From a virus, in IMG/VR virus record IMGVR_UViG_3300006735_000022, positions 1-64,000 of that record: a stretch of 64,000 nucleotides of DNA; one strand, 5' to 3'. This document shows, piece after piece, positions 35,810-45,424 of the stretch. The notes below the pieces were generated by a model that saw only the letters and a list, made by a program, of their open reading frames with translations, was not told the DNA's origin and ran no database searches. Position 1 is the first letter of the stretch; each line of letters begins with the position of its first letter. A program made the position numbers and the translations under genes.

Positions 35810-37127
35810 ACGCATCGTTATCTTCGGTGCGACTGGTGACCTTTGTAAGAGGAAACTTATTCCAGCACTGTACCAGTTGTGGAAGAAAGATCTTCTCCCT
35901 AAAGAACTTCTGATCGTAGGGTGCTCACGTCGTGAGTATACACGTGATACTTGGTTGGAATATATTGGAGACTACCCTTTAGAGTTTACTCACTGGTTAG
36001 ATTTTCAATGTGCTGACCTTGATAAAAAAGAATCTCTGATGACACTGCACGATAAGAGTGCAGATACAACATATTTCTTATCTGTTCCACCGGAGAGATA
36101 CGAGAATGCAATCATCAACCTCAAGGAAGCAGGGTTTCTGGATGACCCTGACCACTCCAGAGTGGTTATCGAAAAACCCTTTGGATACGACTATAAATCT
36201 GCTGATCATTTACAGTCAGTGGTGGAGCGACATATACGCGAGAAACAAGTTTATCGCATTGACCATTATCTTGGTAAAGATACTGTCAATAACATCCTTG
36301 CCACTCGGTTTGGCAATGTACTACTTGAACCACTCTGGAATCGCCAGTACATAGAAGAGGTTCAGATCTTTGCGACTGAAACTATTGGATGCGAAGGTAG
36401 ATCACAATACTATGAAGACGCAGGTGTTGTACGTGACATGTTGCAGAACCACATGCTACAGGTTCTGTCTCTAATTGCGATGGAAGCACCGTGTCGTATG
36501 AGTGCTGTCGAAATTCGTAGGGAGAAGGTAAAGGTTCTTGCTGCCGCACGTCTTGGTGGTAAGTTTATTACTGGTCAGTACCTAGGATACCGTGAAGAAC
36601 AGGGTGTGGGTCCTGAGTCTATGACCCAAACTTATGTTGCAGGTGATATTTACATTGATAACTGGAGGTGGGAGGGTGTACCTTTCTACTTCATGACAGG
36701 TAAGAAGATGCCTTATCAGTGTGTTGAGGTTGTTATCAAGTTGAAAGCACCACCTGTTGGACTGTTTGAGGGTGAAACTCCTGGTCGTATTGTGATGCGT
36801 CTGCAACCACATGCACACCTCGACATTCAGATTGATGTGAAGTCACCTGGACTTGGTGAAAATGTTGAGTTGGCAACACTCACTCACAGATATCCTGACT
36901 GGTTGGGTGTAGATGGTTATGAAAAACTATTATATGATGCTCTTCATGGGGATCAATCTCACTTTGTTCATGCAGAAGAGGTGTTGGAATCATGGAGAAT
37001 CGTTGACAATCTTCTTTGTACTGGTAAGCAGTGTCCTATCAGGACAGCACCATACGTTTACCATGAAGGACAGTGGGGACCAACTCATAAGACAGACATG
37101 ATTACCAAATGGGACTATCCGGAATAG
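35784..37127 (+). CDS. zwf: glucose-6-phosphate dehydrogenase
   Basis: IFGATGDL, EKPFG, RIDHYLGK, RDMLQNH. Confidence 0.97.
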   Translation: MMEMERLTRRIVIFGATGDLCKRKLIPALYQLWKKDLLPKELLIVGCSRREYTRDTWLEYIGDYPLEFTHWLDFQCADLDKKESLMTLHDKSADTTYFLSVPPERYENAIINLKEAGFLDDPDHSRVVIEKPFGYDYKSADHLQSVVERHIREKQVYRIDHYLGKDTVNNILATRFGNVLLEPLWNRQYIEEVQIFATETIGCEGRSQYYEDAGVVRDMLQNHMLQVLSLIAMEAPCRMSAVEIRREKVKVLAAARLGGKFITGQYLGYREEQGVGPESMTQTYVAGDIYIDNWRWEGVPFYFMTGKKMPYQCVEVVIKLKAPPVGLFEGETPGRIVMRLQPHAHLDIQIDVKSPGLGENVELATLTHRYPDWLGVDGYEKLLYDALHGDQSHFVHAEEVLESWRIVDNLLCTGKQCPIRTAPYVYHEGQWGPTHKTDMITKWDYPE

Positions 37128-37288
37128 CACACAGTGCAGCTAAATTTGCTGCACACGTTCTAAATAACCCTTATACTCTGGGTCTTATGGCGTGGGTATT
37201 AGTTTTCGTTCCTGTCTTAGGTATGTGGGCAGTCCACAAATACGGATGGGAGCACTGGGAACCATTTACTAAGCGTCATGACACATAG
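37109..37288 (+). CDS. 59-aa membrane microprotein (not in ORF track)
   Basis: TM segment then GMWAVHKYGWEHWEPF. Confidence 0.6.
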   Translation: MGLSGIAHSAAKFAAHVLNNPYTLGLMAWVLVFVPVLGMWAVHKYGWEHWEPFTKRHDT

Positions 37289-37532
37289 GTGTACTGAAAT
37301 CATCCCCGAACACACTGTGACAAAAGCAGAAGTACAGGAGATGATTGATGATGCCATCAGGCAACACAATCGTAATGCATCAATGATTAGTATGGTCCTT
37401 GGGATTATATTTTTCGCCCTCTTTGCTGATGGATTCTTTAGAGTCATTGGTATGATTCCTCCCTTCCTGGGAATCGATGTCAATATTATCAAAGAAGTTG
37501 TACGGGAAGTTATTGAAAAAATTCAATCATGA
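37278..37532 (+). CDS. small membrane protein
   Basis: IDDAIRQHNRNA plus TM, IPPFLGID. Confidence 0.6.
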   Translation: MTHRCTEIIPEHTVTKAEVQEMIDDAIRQHNRNASMISMVLGIIFFALFADGFFRVIGMIPPFLGIDVNIIKEVVREVIEKIQS

Positions 37533-38566
37533 AAGTTGGAATCATTGGTCTAGGTAGGATGGGCGAGGGTATGTCTCGCCGCATGCTAGCAGCAGGCATC
37601 GAAGTCCATGGATACAGAAACAACTACTCAAAAGCACAGGAACAATTTGAGAAGGGTTATCTTAGTGGGGTCACCACTTCTATTCAAACCCTGACTGAAG
37701 TAGTTCATCAATCAGATAGTCAGGTTGGCAAGGCACCTGGCATCTTCATGATGGTAGTCCCTGCAGAAAACGTTGAGGGAACCATCGATGAGTTACTACA
37801 GTTTTGTGGTGAGGGTGATATTATTATTGATCACGGCAATAGCAACTTTGCGGATTCTCGACGGAGAGCAGAAAGGCTTTCTAAGTTGGGCATCCAATAT
37901 CTTGACTGTGGCACTAGTGGTGGTGTGTATGGTTTGGACCGTGGATACTGTCTTATGGTTGGTGGTTCAGATCATGCAGTATCCGTCTGCTCTCCAATCT
38001 TTAGAGCACTCGCACCTGGTATTGCCTCTGCACCCCGTACAGATCCACTCACCCATGCAACCTCTGCAGAGTATGGGTGGTTACATTGCGGGGGTCCTGG
38101 AGCAGGTCACTTTGTGAAGATGGTCCACAACGGTGTGGAGTATGGTATAATGCAAGCGTATGCTGAAGGATTCAACATCCTAAATGCAGCAAACGATGGT
38201 AGTTCTTATGTGAAAGAGGGTGATGCAGAGGTCGCTCCGATGGCGAATCCAAAGGACTACCAATACGATATTGACTGTGCTGAGGTCGCTGAGTTATGGC
38301 GTCGTGGCAGCGTGGTTGGTAGTTGGTTATTGGATCTTACTGCGGATGTATATCGAAGCGATCCAAAGCTTGATAAGTTCCCTGGAGGAGTTTCCGACTC
38401 CGGTGAGGGTCGCTGGACTGTTCATGCCGCTGTCGATCTGGGTGTCCCCGCTCCTGTTATTACTGAAGCGTTGTATCAACGTTTTGGTTCTCGTAAACTG
38501 GGCGATTACGCGAACAGGGTACTGAACGGTATGCGTTATATGTTCGGTGGGCACAATGTTAGATAA
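37529..38566 (+). CDS. gnd: 6-phosphogluconate dehydrogenase
   Basis: GLGRMG, DCGTSGG, HFVKMVHNGVEYG, DSGEGRW, FGGH. Confidence 0.97.
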   Translation: MKVGIIGLGRMGEGMSRRMLAAGIEVHGYRNNYSKAQEQFEKGYLSGVTTSIQTLTEVVHQSDSQVGKAPGIFMMVVPAENVEGTIDELLQFCGEGDIIIDHGNSNFADSRRRAERLSKLGIQYLDCGTSGGVYGLDRGYCLMVGGSDHAVSVCSPIFRALAPGIASAPRTDPLTHATSAEYGWLHCGGPGAGHFVKMVHNGVEYGIMQAYAEGFNILNAANDGSSYVKEGDAEVAPMANPKDYQYDIDCAEVAELWRRGSVVGSWLLDLTADVYRSDPKLDKFPGGVSDSGEGRWTVHAAVDLGVPAPVITEALYQRFGSRKLGDYANRVLNGMRYMFGGHNVR

Positions 38567-38750
38567 ATCTATTATATTAGTTGCATGTTTCACCCCACTC
38601 GTAATAATTTTTATCGTTATGAAGTTAGCAGTGTGGGTTAGTGCAACCTGGTCTGAAGAGAAGTATGTCGAAGCAGAATCCAGAAAACAACACGGACCTT
38701 ATGTGGCAGATGCATATGCAGATGTTGACGAGGAGGAAGAGGAATATTGA
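38556..38750 (+). CDS. small membrane protein
   Basis: TM segment PLVIIFIVMKLAVW; acidic tail. Confidence 0.55.
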   Translation: MLDKSIILVACFTPLVIIFIVMKLAVWVSATWSEEKYVEAESRKQHGPYVADAYADVDEEEEEY

Positions 38751-38892
38751 AGTAGCAAGAATTATAGATGATGCGATTACTGATTACTACTCTTCTCTAG
38801 GTCTACCTGTTCCTAATTGGAAGACAAAAAAAGACCCTGAGTGGTGGACTAGATACCTTATAGACTTGGGTATTGAACCCCGTAATCCTTGA
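38641..38892 (+). CDS. hypothetical protein (true start probably later)
   Basis: PVPNWK...DPEWW. Confidence 0.45.
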   Translation: MQPGLKRSMSKQNPENNTDLMWQMHMQMLTRRKRNIEVARIIDDAITDYYSSLGLPVPNWKTKKDPEWWTRYLIDLGIEPRNP

Positions 38893-39032
38893 ACTTATTA
38901 TTACGACCACTTGACAATGTAACTGACCCAGTTTGGAGTGTGATTATATCAATCATACTCCTTCTTGTTGCTGTTTTATATGTTGTGATCTATATACTAA
39001 AGATTGACCAGAAAGAAAGTGGAGATCCCTAA
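38889..39032 (+). CDS. 47-aa single-TM microprotein (not in ORF track)
   Basis: TTG start, MNLLLRPLDNVTDPVWSVIISIILLLVAVLYVVIYILK. Confidence 0.55.
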   Translation: MNLLLRPLDNVTDPVWSVIISIILLLVAVLYVVIYILKIDQKESGDP

Positions 39033-39786
39033 TATATCAGTAAGGGGTTTTGGTATTCCAACCTTACAGGTAGGACAACTGGACATCAGAGATATCAGAA
39101 CGCAGTCACCACCTGCTTGGTCTATCTCTCCACCCACGGCAGTGCCCATCTACCCACCAGTCACTGAGAGTGTGGGTGTTCCCATTGTCAATGTTCCTGG
39201 ATGTGTTGAGGCACACAGGGATAGTGGTGAGAATCAGAATCTAAAGAACGAGGATAAAGAGGGGACCTTAGTATATTGTGATGCTGGCACACCTTCTTTC
39301 AGTCCTATTGACTATGATACAAATAAACTAGACATCAAACAGGGGACACCTCCTCCCCCTATTGTTCCACCTAGTAAGACACCGGAGCAGACGACACCAC
39401 AGACTCCAGGCATACCAAAACGACCCTCATGTAAAGAGGGTGAGCAGTATAATCAAGCAAAGAGAGTTTGTGAGATCATTCAGGTACCTCCTAAGGTAGA
39501 AGAAGAGATACCTTGGACTGAGCAGTACCTACCGTCACCAGCAGCGGTAACTACTACCGCCTCAATCGCTGTAGTTGCGACGACTTCTGCACTGCTCGCA
39601 AAACCTCTCGCTGATCTTCTGTTGAAAGTGGTGAAACCTGTAACGAAGAAGATTGTGAAGAAGATTGCCGCAATACGGAAGAAGAAGATCCCGGTACTAT
39701 CGGTTTCGTCTCGCCGGGCTGAACAACGGGAGCGGAACCAGGCGATTCAGAAGTTGAAGTCCGCCCTCCGCCAGCGGAAGAGATAG
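39019..39786 (+). CDS. Pro-rich, Cys-containing membrane-anchored protein
   Basis: PIVNVPGCVEAH, CDAGTPSF, hydrophobic segment then basic tail; GTG start. Confidence 0.65.
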   Translation: MEIPNISVRGFGIPTLQVGQLDIRDIRTQSPPAWSISPPTAVPIYPPVTESVGVPIVNVPGCVEAHRDSGENQNLKNEDKEGTLVYCDAGTPSFSPIDYDTNKLDIKQGTPPPPIVPPSKTPEQTTPQTPGIPKRPSCKEGEQYNQAKRVCEIIQVPPKVEEEIPWTEQYLPSPAAVTTTASIAVVATTSALLAKPLADLLLKVVKPVTKKIVKKIAAIRKKKIPVLSVSSRRAEQRERNQAIQKLKSALRQRKR

Positions 39787-40580
39787 GTTGTGGAATAGTA
39801 TGACGGTGTGGTCTAATAGCATCAATACTATCTACCATTACATCTGCACAGATGGCAGCATACTTTGTTCCAGGTCTAAAATAAATTCCTGCCTTCTTCA
39901 ATTCGCCACAATTTTTTAGTCTCGCAATCTCAAAGTCGAGACGTTTGTTGGCAACCAACTGTTCCTGTAATGAGATTTGAGTCTCTGCTGCTCTCTTACA
40001 ACGTGCCTGTAATCCTCCATCTAGAGGTAGAGATAGTGTGGCAGAGAGACCAATGCTAGTGCTATAGTTATCTTTCTGTCCTGTGCGAACTGGTTTCCTC
40101 CAGACTTCACGTCCAGGATTGTCTGGGATACCATCTCCTTGCATCTCCATGACAGTGATAGTCATGTCTGCACCATCTTCAAACCACCTAGTACCATCTT
40201 CTTTGGTGGTGGTGTTGTAGTGTGGTTCCCAAGGATAGTTTTTTACATTTCTCTGAACCTCAACTAACCGTCCATCAAAATCGGTCATGTCATATTGAGG
40301 TTCAAAGTACATTGACTCGAACGGATCCTTCTTGGATTGTGCGTGTGTAATGTAAGGTGTAAAGTTGGCAGTGGGACCTTGGCAACTGATCCCTCCGCCA
40401 TAAGTGTTAGTAATATATGGACCTTGTAATACCTGAATGGCTTGGTTGGTCACCGAGCCAGAGCTATTCGCTATCGGATTTGCTGTTGCACTTACACCCC
40501 CGACACCTTCCGCCAGTGTGGCAGGGGCAATCGCAAGTTGAGTTAGACATAGGACTACTGGGTAAAGATACTTGTGGTGT
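39554..40580 (-). CDS. secreted/envelope protein; start codon unresolved
   Basis: signal-peptide-like KYLYPVVLCLTQLAIAPATLA then EGVGGVSATANP; the frame is open to 40849 but no ATG/GTG/TTG lies near the signal peptide. Confidence 0.65.
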
Positions 40581-41007
40581 CGGTTACGCTTGTAACCTCG
40601 GTCACTCTTTGGATGACCGTTTGATTTGAAATGCCCGGACCTCGATACGTTTGAGTGAACTGAAACGCTTCTCCGGGATTTGTTATTTTGAACTGAGGTG
40701 AGTTTGCGAAATCCAAAGCCGACTGGGTTGAGGTTACCTGTCCTTCGACTCCTCCCATTGGACTCACTGTCACTGTTGATGTATTGGCTGGTGGTGCTAG
40801 AGAACTGTTCCCGTTGTCCACGTTCACGCCGGTTACGGAGTATTCCCATCCTGTTGAATAATCTATAGAGTTGATCGTTTCAGTCACCTTTGAAGTGGTT
40901 TCCGTGTGACTAGTCATGCTTCCTTGTGTAAAATTAGGCACAACTGGCACGGAATACCCTGGCGAAGCAATACTAAGCAACGCCAGTGTTGCTAGTATCT
41001 GTTTCAT
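40555..41007 (-). CDS. secreted Ser/Thr-rich beta protein
   Basis: Sec signal peptide then VPVVPNFTQGS. Confidence 0.75.
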   Translation of the reverse strand: MKQILATLALLSIASPGYSVPVVPNFTQGSMTSHTETTSKVTETINSIDYSTGWEYSVTGVNVDNGNSSLAPPANTSTVTVSPMGGVEGQVTSTQSALDFANSPQFKITNPGEAFQFTQTYRGPGISNQTVIQRVTEVTSVTDTTSIFTQ

Positions 41008-41009
41008 TT

Positions 41010-41504
41010 TTACCGTACGGTAACTTCGGTAACAAATTGGCCGGTGGCACTTGTACCAGCTCCACCCGGCGTCAAGGTAACAACACCTGCTGAAGTAATA
41101 GTACCGGCGAGGTCACCTGCAGATCCTGCTGCCGTACTAGTTTGACTAGAGTAAGGACTCACAGCACCAACGGAAGGAGCTGTTGTGGTGATGGCATCTC
41201 CGGCAGTGTAAGAAGAACTGAAGGAGAAAGCACTACCAGCGGTTTGCTGAGTAGCAGTGATAGTTGCAGGAGCAGCAACACCATTCGACCCGATGGTTCC
41301 CAGTCCTCCCACTACACCAGCCGTGGTGCCGTCTGAAGTCGTCACGCCGTTTCCGGAAATCGCAAGTGAGTTACCAATTCGCTGCACATTAGTTGCAGCA
41401 GCATCAACGGTGAGTTGTGTAGAGGTAGTCATGCGGTGCGTTAGGTCTGCCTTTGCGGCACCACCCATAGCCAGCAGAGCTACAATAAAAAGTAATCCTT
41501 TCAT
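41010..41504 (-). CDS. secreted Gly/Thr/Ala-rich beta protein
   Basis: signal peptide ending AKA-DLTH. Confidence 0.75.
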   Translation of the reverse strand: MKGLLFIVALLAMGGAAKADLTHRMTTSTQLTVDAAATNVQRIGNSLAISGNGVTTSDGTTAGVVGGLGTIGSNGVAAPATITATQQTAGSAFSFSSSYTAGDAITTTAPSVGAVSPYSSQTSTAAGSAGDLAGTITSAGVVTLTPGGAGTSATGQFVTEVTVR

Positions 41505-41564
41505 TGATACTCAGATATTATGCTGTACTGTATATATGATATATAGATGGCGCTCTTCATTATT

Positions 41565-42218
41565 ATGAAAATTTTTCTGGACACTGCGGATACTGAAGTC
41601 ATCAATCGCCACATGCACACTGGATTGATTGATGGAGTTACAACTAACCCCACATTGATGCTGAAGAGTGGTAGATGTCCTGACGATGTTTACCAGGAAC
41701 TCATTGACATGGGTCTCACCGATGTCAGCATGGAGGTGGGTGGTAATGCAATGGAGATGCATGAAGAAGGTTTCCGTCTCGCCAAAAAATTCGGATCCTG
41801 TGCTACAATCAAAGTTCCATGTACCCCTGATGGTCTCTGGGTATGTAAGCAACTTTCAAGAGAACTGATCAAGGTCAACGTCACCCTGATCTTTAGTGCT
41901 GCTCAGGCAATCCTTGCTGCCAAAGCAGGTGCTACATACGTTTCCCCATTCGTGGGTCGCTATGATGACAACAGCATTAGTGGTCTCGAACTTGTCCGAT
42001 CTATTAGTGAGTTGTATGCTCGCCAAAGTGTGAGGACTAAGGTGCTTGCAGCATCTCTCCGTGATGTGTATAAGGTTACTCGCTGTTTCTATAATGGAGC
42101 AGACATTGTGACCATGCCGCCAGCAATTTTTGAGAAGATGTATAACCATGTTCTGACTGACGCTGGGTTGGCAATCTTCAACGATAACTTGGACGAAATC
42201 CGTAATGCGAATCATTGA
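41565..42218 (+). CDS. talC: transaldolase (TalC)
   Basis: MKIFLDTAD, GVTTNPTL, IKVP, YVSPFVGR. Confidence 0.96.
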   Translation: MKIFLDTADTEVINRHMHTGLIDGVTTNPTLMLKSGRCPDDVYQELIDMGLTDVSMEVGGNAMEMHEEGFRLAKKFGSCATIKVPCTPDGLWVCKQLSRELIKVNVTLIFSAAQAILAAKAGATYVSPFVGRYDDNSISGLELVRSISELYARQSVRTKVLAASLRDVYKVTRCFYNGADIVTMPPAIFEKMYNHVLTDAGLAIFNDNLDEIRNANH

Positions 42219-42759
42219 TTATCCTGTTTCTGAAGATTTGATCGACCAATGTATTGGAGAGATCAATAGTAAGAAGAAACATGATTGCTGGGGAGTCAGC
42301 AAGTGGAAGTGGGGTGCCACACTCCAGACTCTTTCTATGAAGAGTTTTTGTCTGTCGGCAAAACCATGCACAGATATCTACAAGCGGTTGAGGAATGAGA
42401 CCTCACCTTGGTTACCATTTGTGCCTACTGCTATCAACTACCATGTGTGGTTGCCTGGTTCTGGTATCAACTGGCATAATGATGGTGACTATGTGTATGG
42501 TGCCACTCTCCACTTGACTGATTGGCCTGCTGAACATGGTGGTCTCTTCTTGTGGAAGGATCATGATGATAAGTTGCATACAATTCAACCCAAAAGAAAC
42601 ATCCTAGTAATCAATGAGGGTGAAGAAAGGCATGCAGTGACACCTACATGTGTTACTGAGAAAGAAGCTGGTCTTAGAATGTCAGTACAACTATTCTGTA
42701 CAAAGGAATCTGCTTACCGTATTAGAGGAACTAACACCGGAGGAGGTACGAAGGTCTAA
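42205..42759 (+). CDS. 2OG-Fe(II) oxygenase
   Basis: WHND...GGLF...HAV...RMS. Confidence 0.8.
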   Translation: MRIIDYPVSEDLIDQCIGEINSKKKHDCWGVSKWKWGATLQTLSMKSFCLSAKPCTDIYKRLRNETSPWLPFVPTAINYHVWLPGSGINWHNDGDYVYGATLHLTDWPAEHGGLFLWKDHDDKLHTIQPKRNILVINEGEERHAVTPTCVTEKEAGLRMSVQLFCTKESAYRIRGTNTGGGTKV

Positions 42760-43022
42760 TGGAACATAGATTCAAATGCTTGCAATGTAATAAAGAAATG
42801 GAAGACCTCGGTAGGTTTACTACCTGTGGTTGCCCTAATGTGATGTCGTATTATAATGGTAAGATTACTGCCATGGATCTTGAGATGGTGGTTGAGGTAG
42901 CAATCCCTCAGCGTACCCCTGAGGTCCATAAACCATCCAGTTATCTGAAACCCGAAGACCTCCAGTATCAGGAGCAAAGGAAGCAGAGGAAGGTACGTAG
43001 ATTGCAATATGATGTGCGATAA
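42759..43022 (+). CDS. small Cys-containing hypothetical protein
   Basis: CLQC...CGC. Confidence 0.6.
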   Translation: MEHRFKCLQCNKEMEDLGRFTTCGCPNVMSYYNGKITAMDLEMVVEVAIPQRTPEVHKPSSYLKPEDLQYQEQRKQRKVRRLQYDVR

Positions 43023-43025
43023 ATA

Positions 43026-43054
43026 TTGACAAGACCCCTTGGGTCTACTATACT
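43026..43054 (+). promoter_or_regulatory. sigma70-type promoter at the head of the glycosylation region
   Basis: TTGACA-N17-TATACT. Confidence 0.8.
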
Positions 43055-43075
43055 ATTGTCAAATACGCTCTCCCA

Positions 43076-43303
43076 ATGTCCAGAGGATTATTCCTTTCCA
43101 AGTTCAAAAACTACACTCAAATCTTGGTTGCTGCTGTAGAGGAAAAAACTGATCTAGAATTTGATCACCCCTCCCTCTACGAAAACTTGATTACTCACTA
43201 CAAAGATCAAGAAGTTTACTTCTATGAGGATCAAGAAAAAAACTACGATGTAGTGATCGACAAGTTGGAGTATGATCTTTTGAACTCAGGTGTAATGGGA
43301 TGA
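43076..43303 (+). CDS. hypothetical protein
   Basis: acidic 75-aa ORF after the promoter. Confidence 0.6.
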   Translation: MSRGLFLSKFKNYTQILVAAVEEKTDLEFDHPSLYENLITHYKDQEVYFYEDQEKNYDVVIDKLEYDLLNSGVMG

Positions 43304-43659
43304 GGGAAGATCGCCCTTGGGGTTGGTATGAAACTATTGAGGATGGCGAAGGATACAGAGTAAAAAAAATCCACGTCAATCCAGGGCAACGTTTCTCACT
43401 ACAATTCCATAGAAAAAGATCCGAACATTGGGTCATCATTGATGGTTCAGGTATGGTAACTCTTGGCAACTGTGACCACGATGCTAGACCTGGCAGTTGC
43501 TTTACCATAGGTATTGAGCAACGGCATCGTGCCACAGCAAGTGAGGATGGTCTCACTTTTATTGAGGTGCAAAGAGGTGAGTGTAGTGAGAGAGATATTG
43601 TTAGACTAGAAGATGACTACGGTCGTCACGCACCGACCTTTCTGGAATTGTTGACATGA
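43300..43659 (+). CDS. mannose-6-phosphate isomerase type II cupin domain
   Basis: RPWGWY, SLQFHRKRSEHW, IEVQRG, DIVRLEDDYGR. Confidence 0.88.
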   Translation: MREDRPWGWYETIEDGEGYRVKKIHVNPGQRFSLQFHRKRSEHWVIIDGSGMVTLGNCDHDARPGSCFTIGIEQRHRATASEDGLTFIEVQRGECSERDIVRLEDDYGRHAPTFLELLT

Positions 43660-44600
43660 CATATATGGTGACCGGCGGTGCCGGGTTCATCGGGAGTAAC
43701 TTCTTACACTTCCTTCGTAAGAGAACTGATGAAGAGATTGTTGTTATTGATAACCTGACATATGCTGCTGACCTGAGGTTCATCCCTAGGTCACAGCAGT
43801 TCAAGTTTGAATGGTGTGACATTACAAATGAAGAGCATGTTCACTTCTTATTTGAGAAGTATGCTCCAAGAAAGATATGGCACTTTGCTGCTGAGAGTCA
43901 TGTAGATAATAGTATTACCAACTACAGACCATTCTTAGAATCAAATGTTGTTGGTACTATCAATCTACTCAACGCATCCCTGAACATGGGGATCGAAAAG
44001 TTCCATCACATTTCTACTGATGAGGTGTATGGATCTCTTGAGTATGATGACATAGAACTCTTTACTGAAGAGACTCCATACAATCCTAGGAACCCATACT
44101 CTGCGAGCAAGGCAGCATCAGATCATTATGTCAAGACATGGCACAACACATATGATCTACCGTATCTGATTACCAACTGTAGTAATAACTATGGAAGGCA
44201 TCAGCACGAAGAGAAACTGATTCCTAAGATTATCAAACGTGCCATGAAGGATAACATCACCTACATGTATGGTGGTGGTCAACAGATTCGTGACTGGTTG
44301 TCTGTGGTAGATCACTGCAAAGCAATCTGGTCTCTGGAAGAACACGGTATCATCAACGATCAATTCAATATTGGTGGTGGATGTGAGATGAGAAACATTG
44401 ATGTCACCAAGATGGTGCTTGATATTATCGATAAACCTTATGGTCTTATTGGTATCTCAGATCAAAGACCGGGACAGGACAAGCGGTATGCCATAGATCA
44501 TGGTAAAATAACAAGGACTACGGGGTGGGAACCCGAAATTGAATTTGAACTTGGATTGCGAGCAACTGTATCATGGTACTTAGAAAGATGGGGAATGTGA
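43656..44600 (+). CDS. rfbB: dTDP-glucose 4,6-dehydratase
   Basis: GGAGFIGSNF, HFAAESHVD, STDEVYG, YSASKA, NCSNNYG. Confidence 0.93.
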   Translation: MTYMVTGGAGFIGSNFLHFLRKRTDEEIVVIDNLTYAADLRFIPRSQQFKFEWCDITNEEHVHFLFEKYAPRKIWHFAAESHVDNSITNYRPFLESNVVGTINLLNASLNMGIEKFHHISTDEVYGSLEYDDIELFTEETPYNPRNPYSASKAASDHYVKTWHNTYDLPYLITNCSNNYGRHQHEEKLIPKIIKRAMKDNITYMYGGGQQIRDWLSVVDHCKAIWSLEEHGIINDQFNIGGGCEMRNIDVTKMVLDIIDKPYGLIGISDQRPGQDKRYAIDHGKITRTTGWEPEIEFELGLRATVSWYLERWGM

Positions 44601-45424
44601 AATCATTCAACAGTCCAGTCACTCTCTACGGTCCTGGGTTTGTTGGCGGTAGGTATGCTGAGATGTATCCTGACACCTTGATACAGGAACGTGATGAATA
44701 CAAACCAAAGACTAAGAAGATCCTCTACATGATCTCTACTGTGGACAACTACAACGTCCACAAAGAAGTTGGTTTAGATGTTGATACTAATCTCCGTGTG
44801 TTATGTGATGTCCTAGAGCATTGTCGTAACGAGGACATAGAGTTCAACTTCATTTCATCCTGGTTTGTTTATGGTAAGGGTGGCGAGGTTCCTGCGTTTG
44901 AGGAGTCTCTATGTAATCCTACTGGGTTCTATAGCATCACTAAAAAGTGTGCAGAAGACTTGATCAAGTCTTTCTGTGATGTATACGACATGAAGTATCG
45001 TATTCTTCGCTTGTGTAATGTGTTGGGAGATGATCCCAAAGCATCAAAGCAAAAGAATGCAATCATGTGGATGATCAATCAACTCAAAGTTGACAAACCA
45101 ATCAATCTATATGATGGTGGTAGTCATCGTCGTGACGTTATGCATGTCGATGATGTGTGTCGTGCTATCAAGATGGTGATTGATGACGGGGATTTGAATA
45201 CCACATACAACATCGGGTCAGGTAAACCTACCACCATTGCTGATCTTATTGATACTGCTGCTGCTTGCCTGGGTACTAGATCTCATATAGATAGCATCGA
45301 ACCACCAAAGTTTCACAAGGATGTCCAGACTCAGGACTTCTATCTAGATACAAGTAAACTACAGGAGTTGGGGTTCAAACCCTCCATGGATCACGTTGAG
45401 ATTGTTGAGTCACTATGTCTCTGA
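44573..45424 (+). CDS. NAD-dependent sugar epimerase/reductase
   Basis: GPGFVG, SSWFVYG, YSITK, RDVMHVDD. Confidence 0.8.
   Translation: MVLRKMGNVKSFNSPVTLYGPGFVGGRYAEMYPDTLIQERDEYKPKTKKILYMISTVDNYNVHKEVGLDVDTNLRVLCDVLEHCRNEDIEFNFISSWFVYGKGGEVPAFEESLCNPTGFYSITKKCAEDLIKSFCDVYDMKYRILRLCNVLGDDPKASKQKNAIMWMINQLKVDKPINLYDGGSHRRDVMHVDDVCRAIKMVIDDGDLNTTYNIGSGKPTTIADLIDTAAACLGTRSHIDSIEPPKFHKDVQTQDFYLDTSKLQELGFKPSMDHVEIVESLCL

Noticed and set aside
40464-40550. 28-aa Cys-rich minus-strand ORF (MSNSTCDCPCHTGGRCRGCKC...) resembling a metallothionein
   Set aside because: It lies out of frame within the Ala/Val-rich start of the larger gene, where shifted GCN/GTN codons generate TGC/TGT, so it is most likely a frame artefact.
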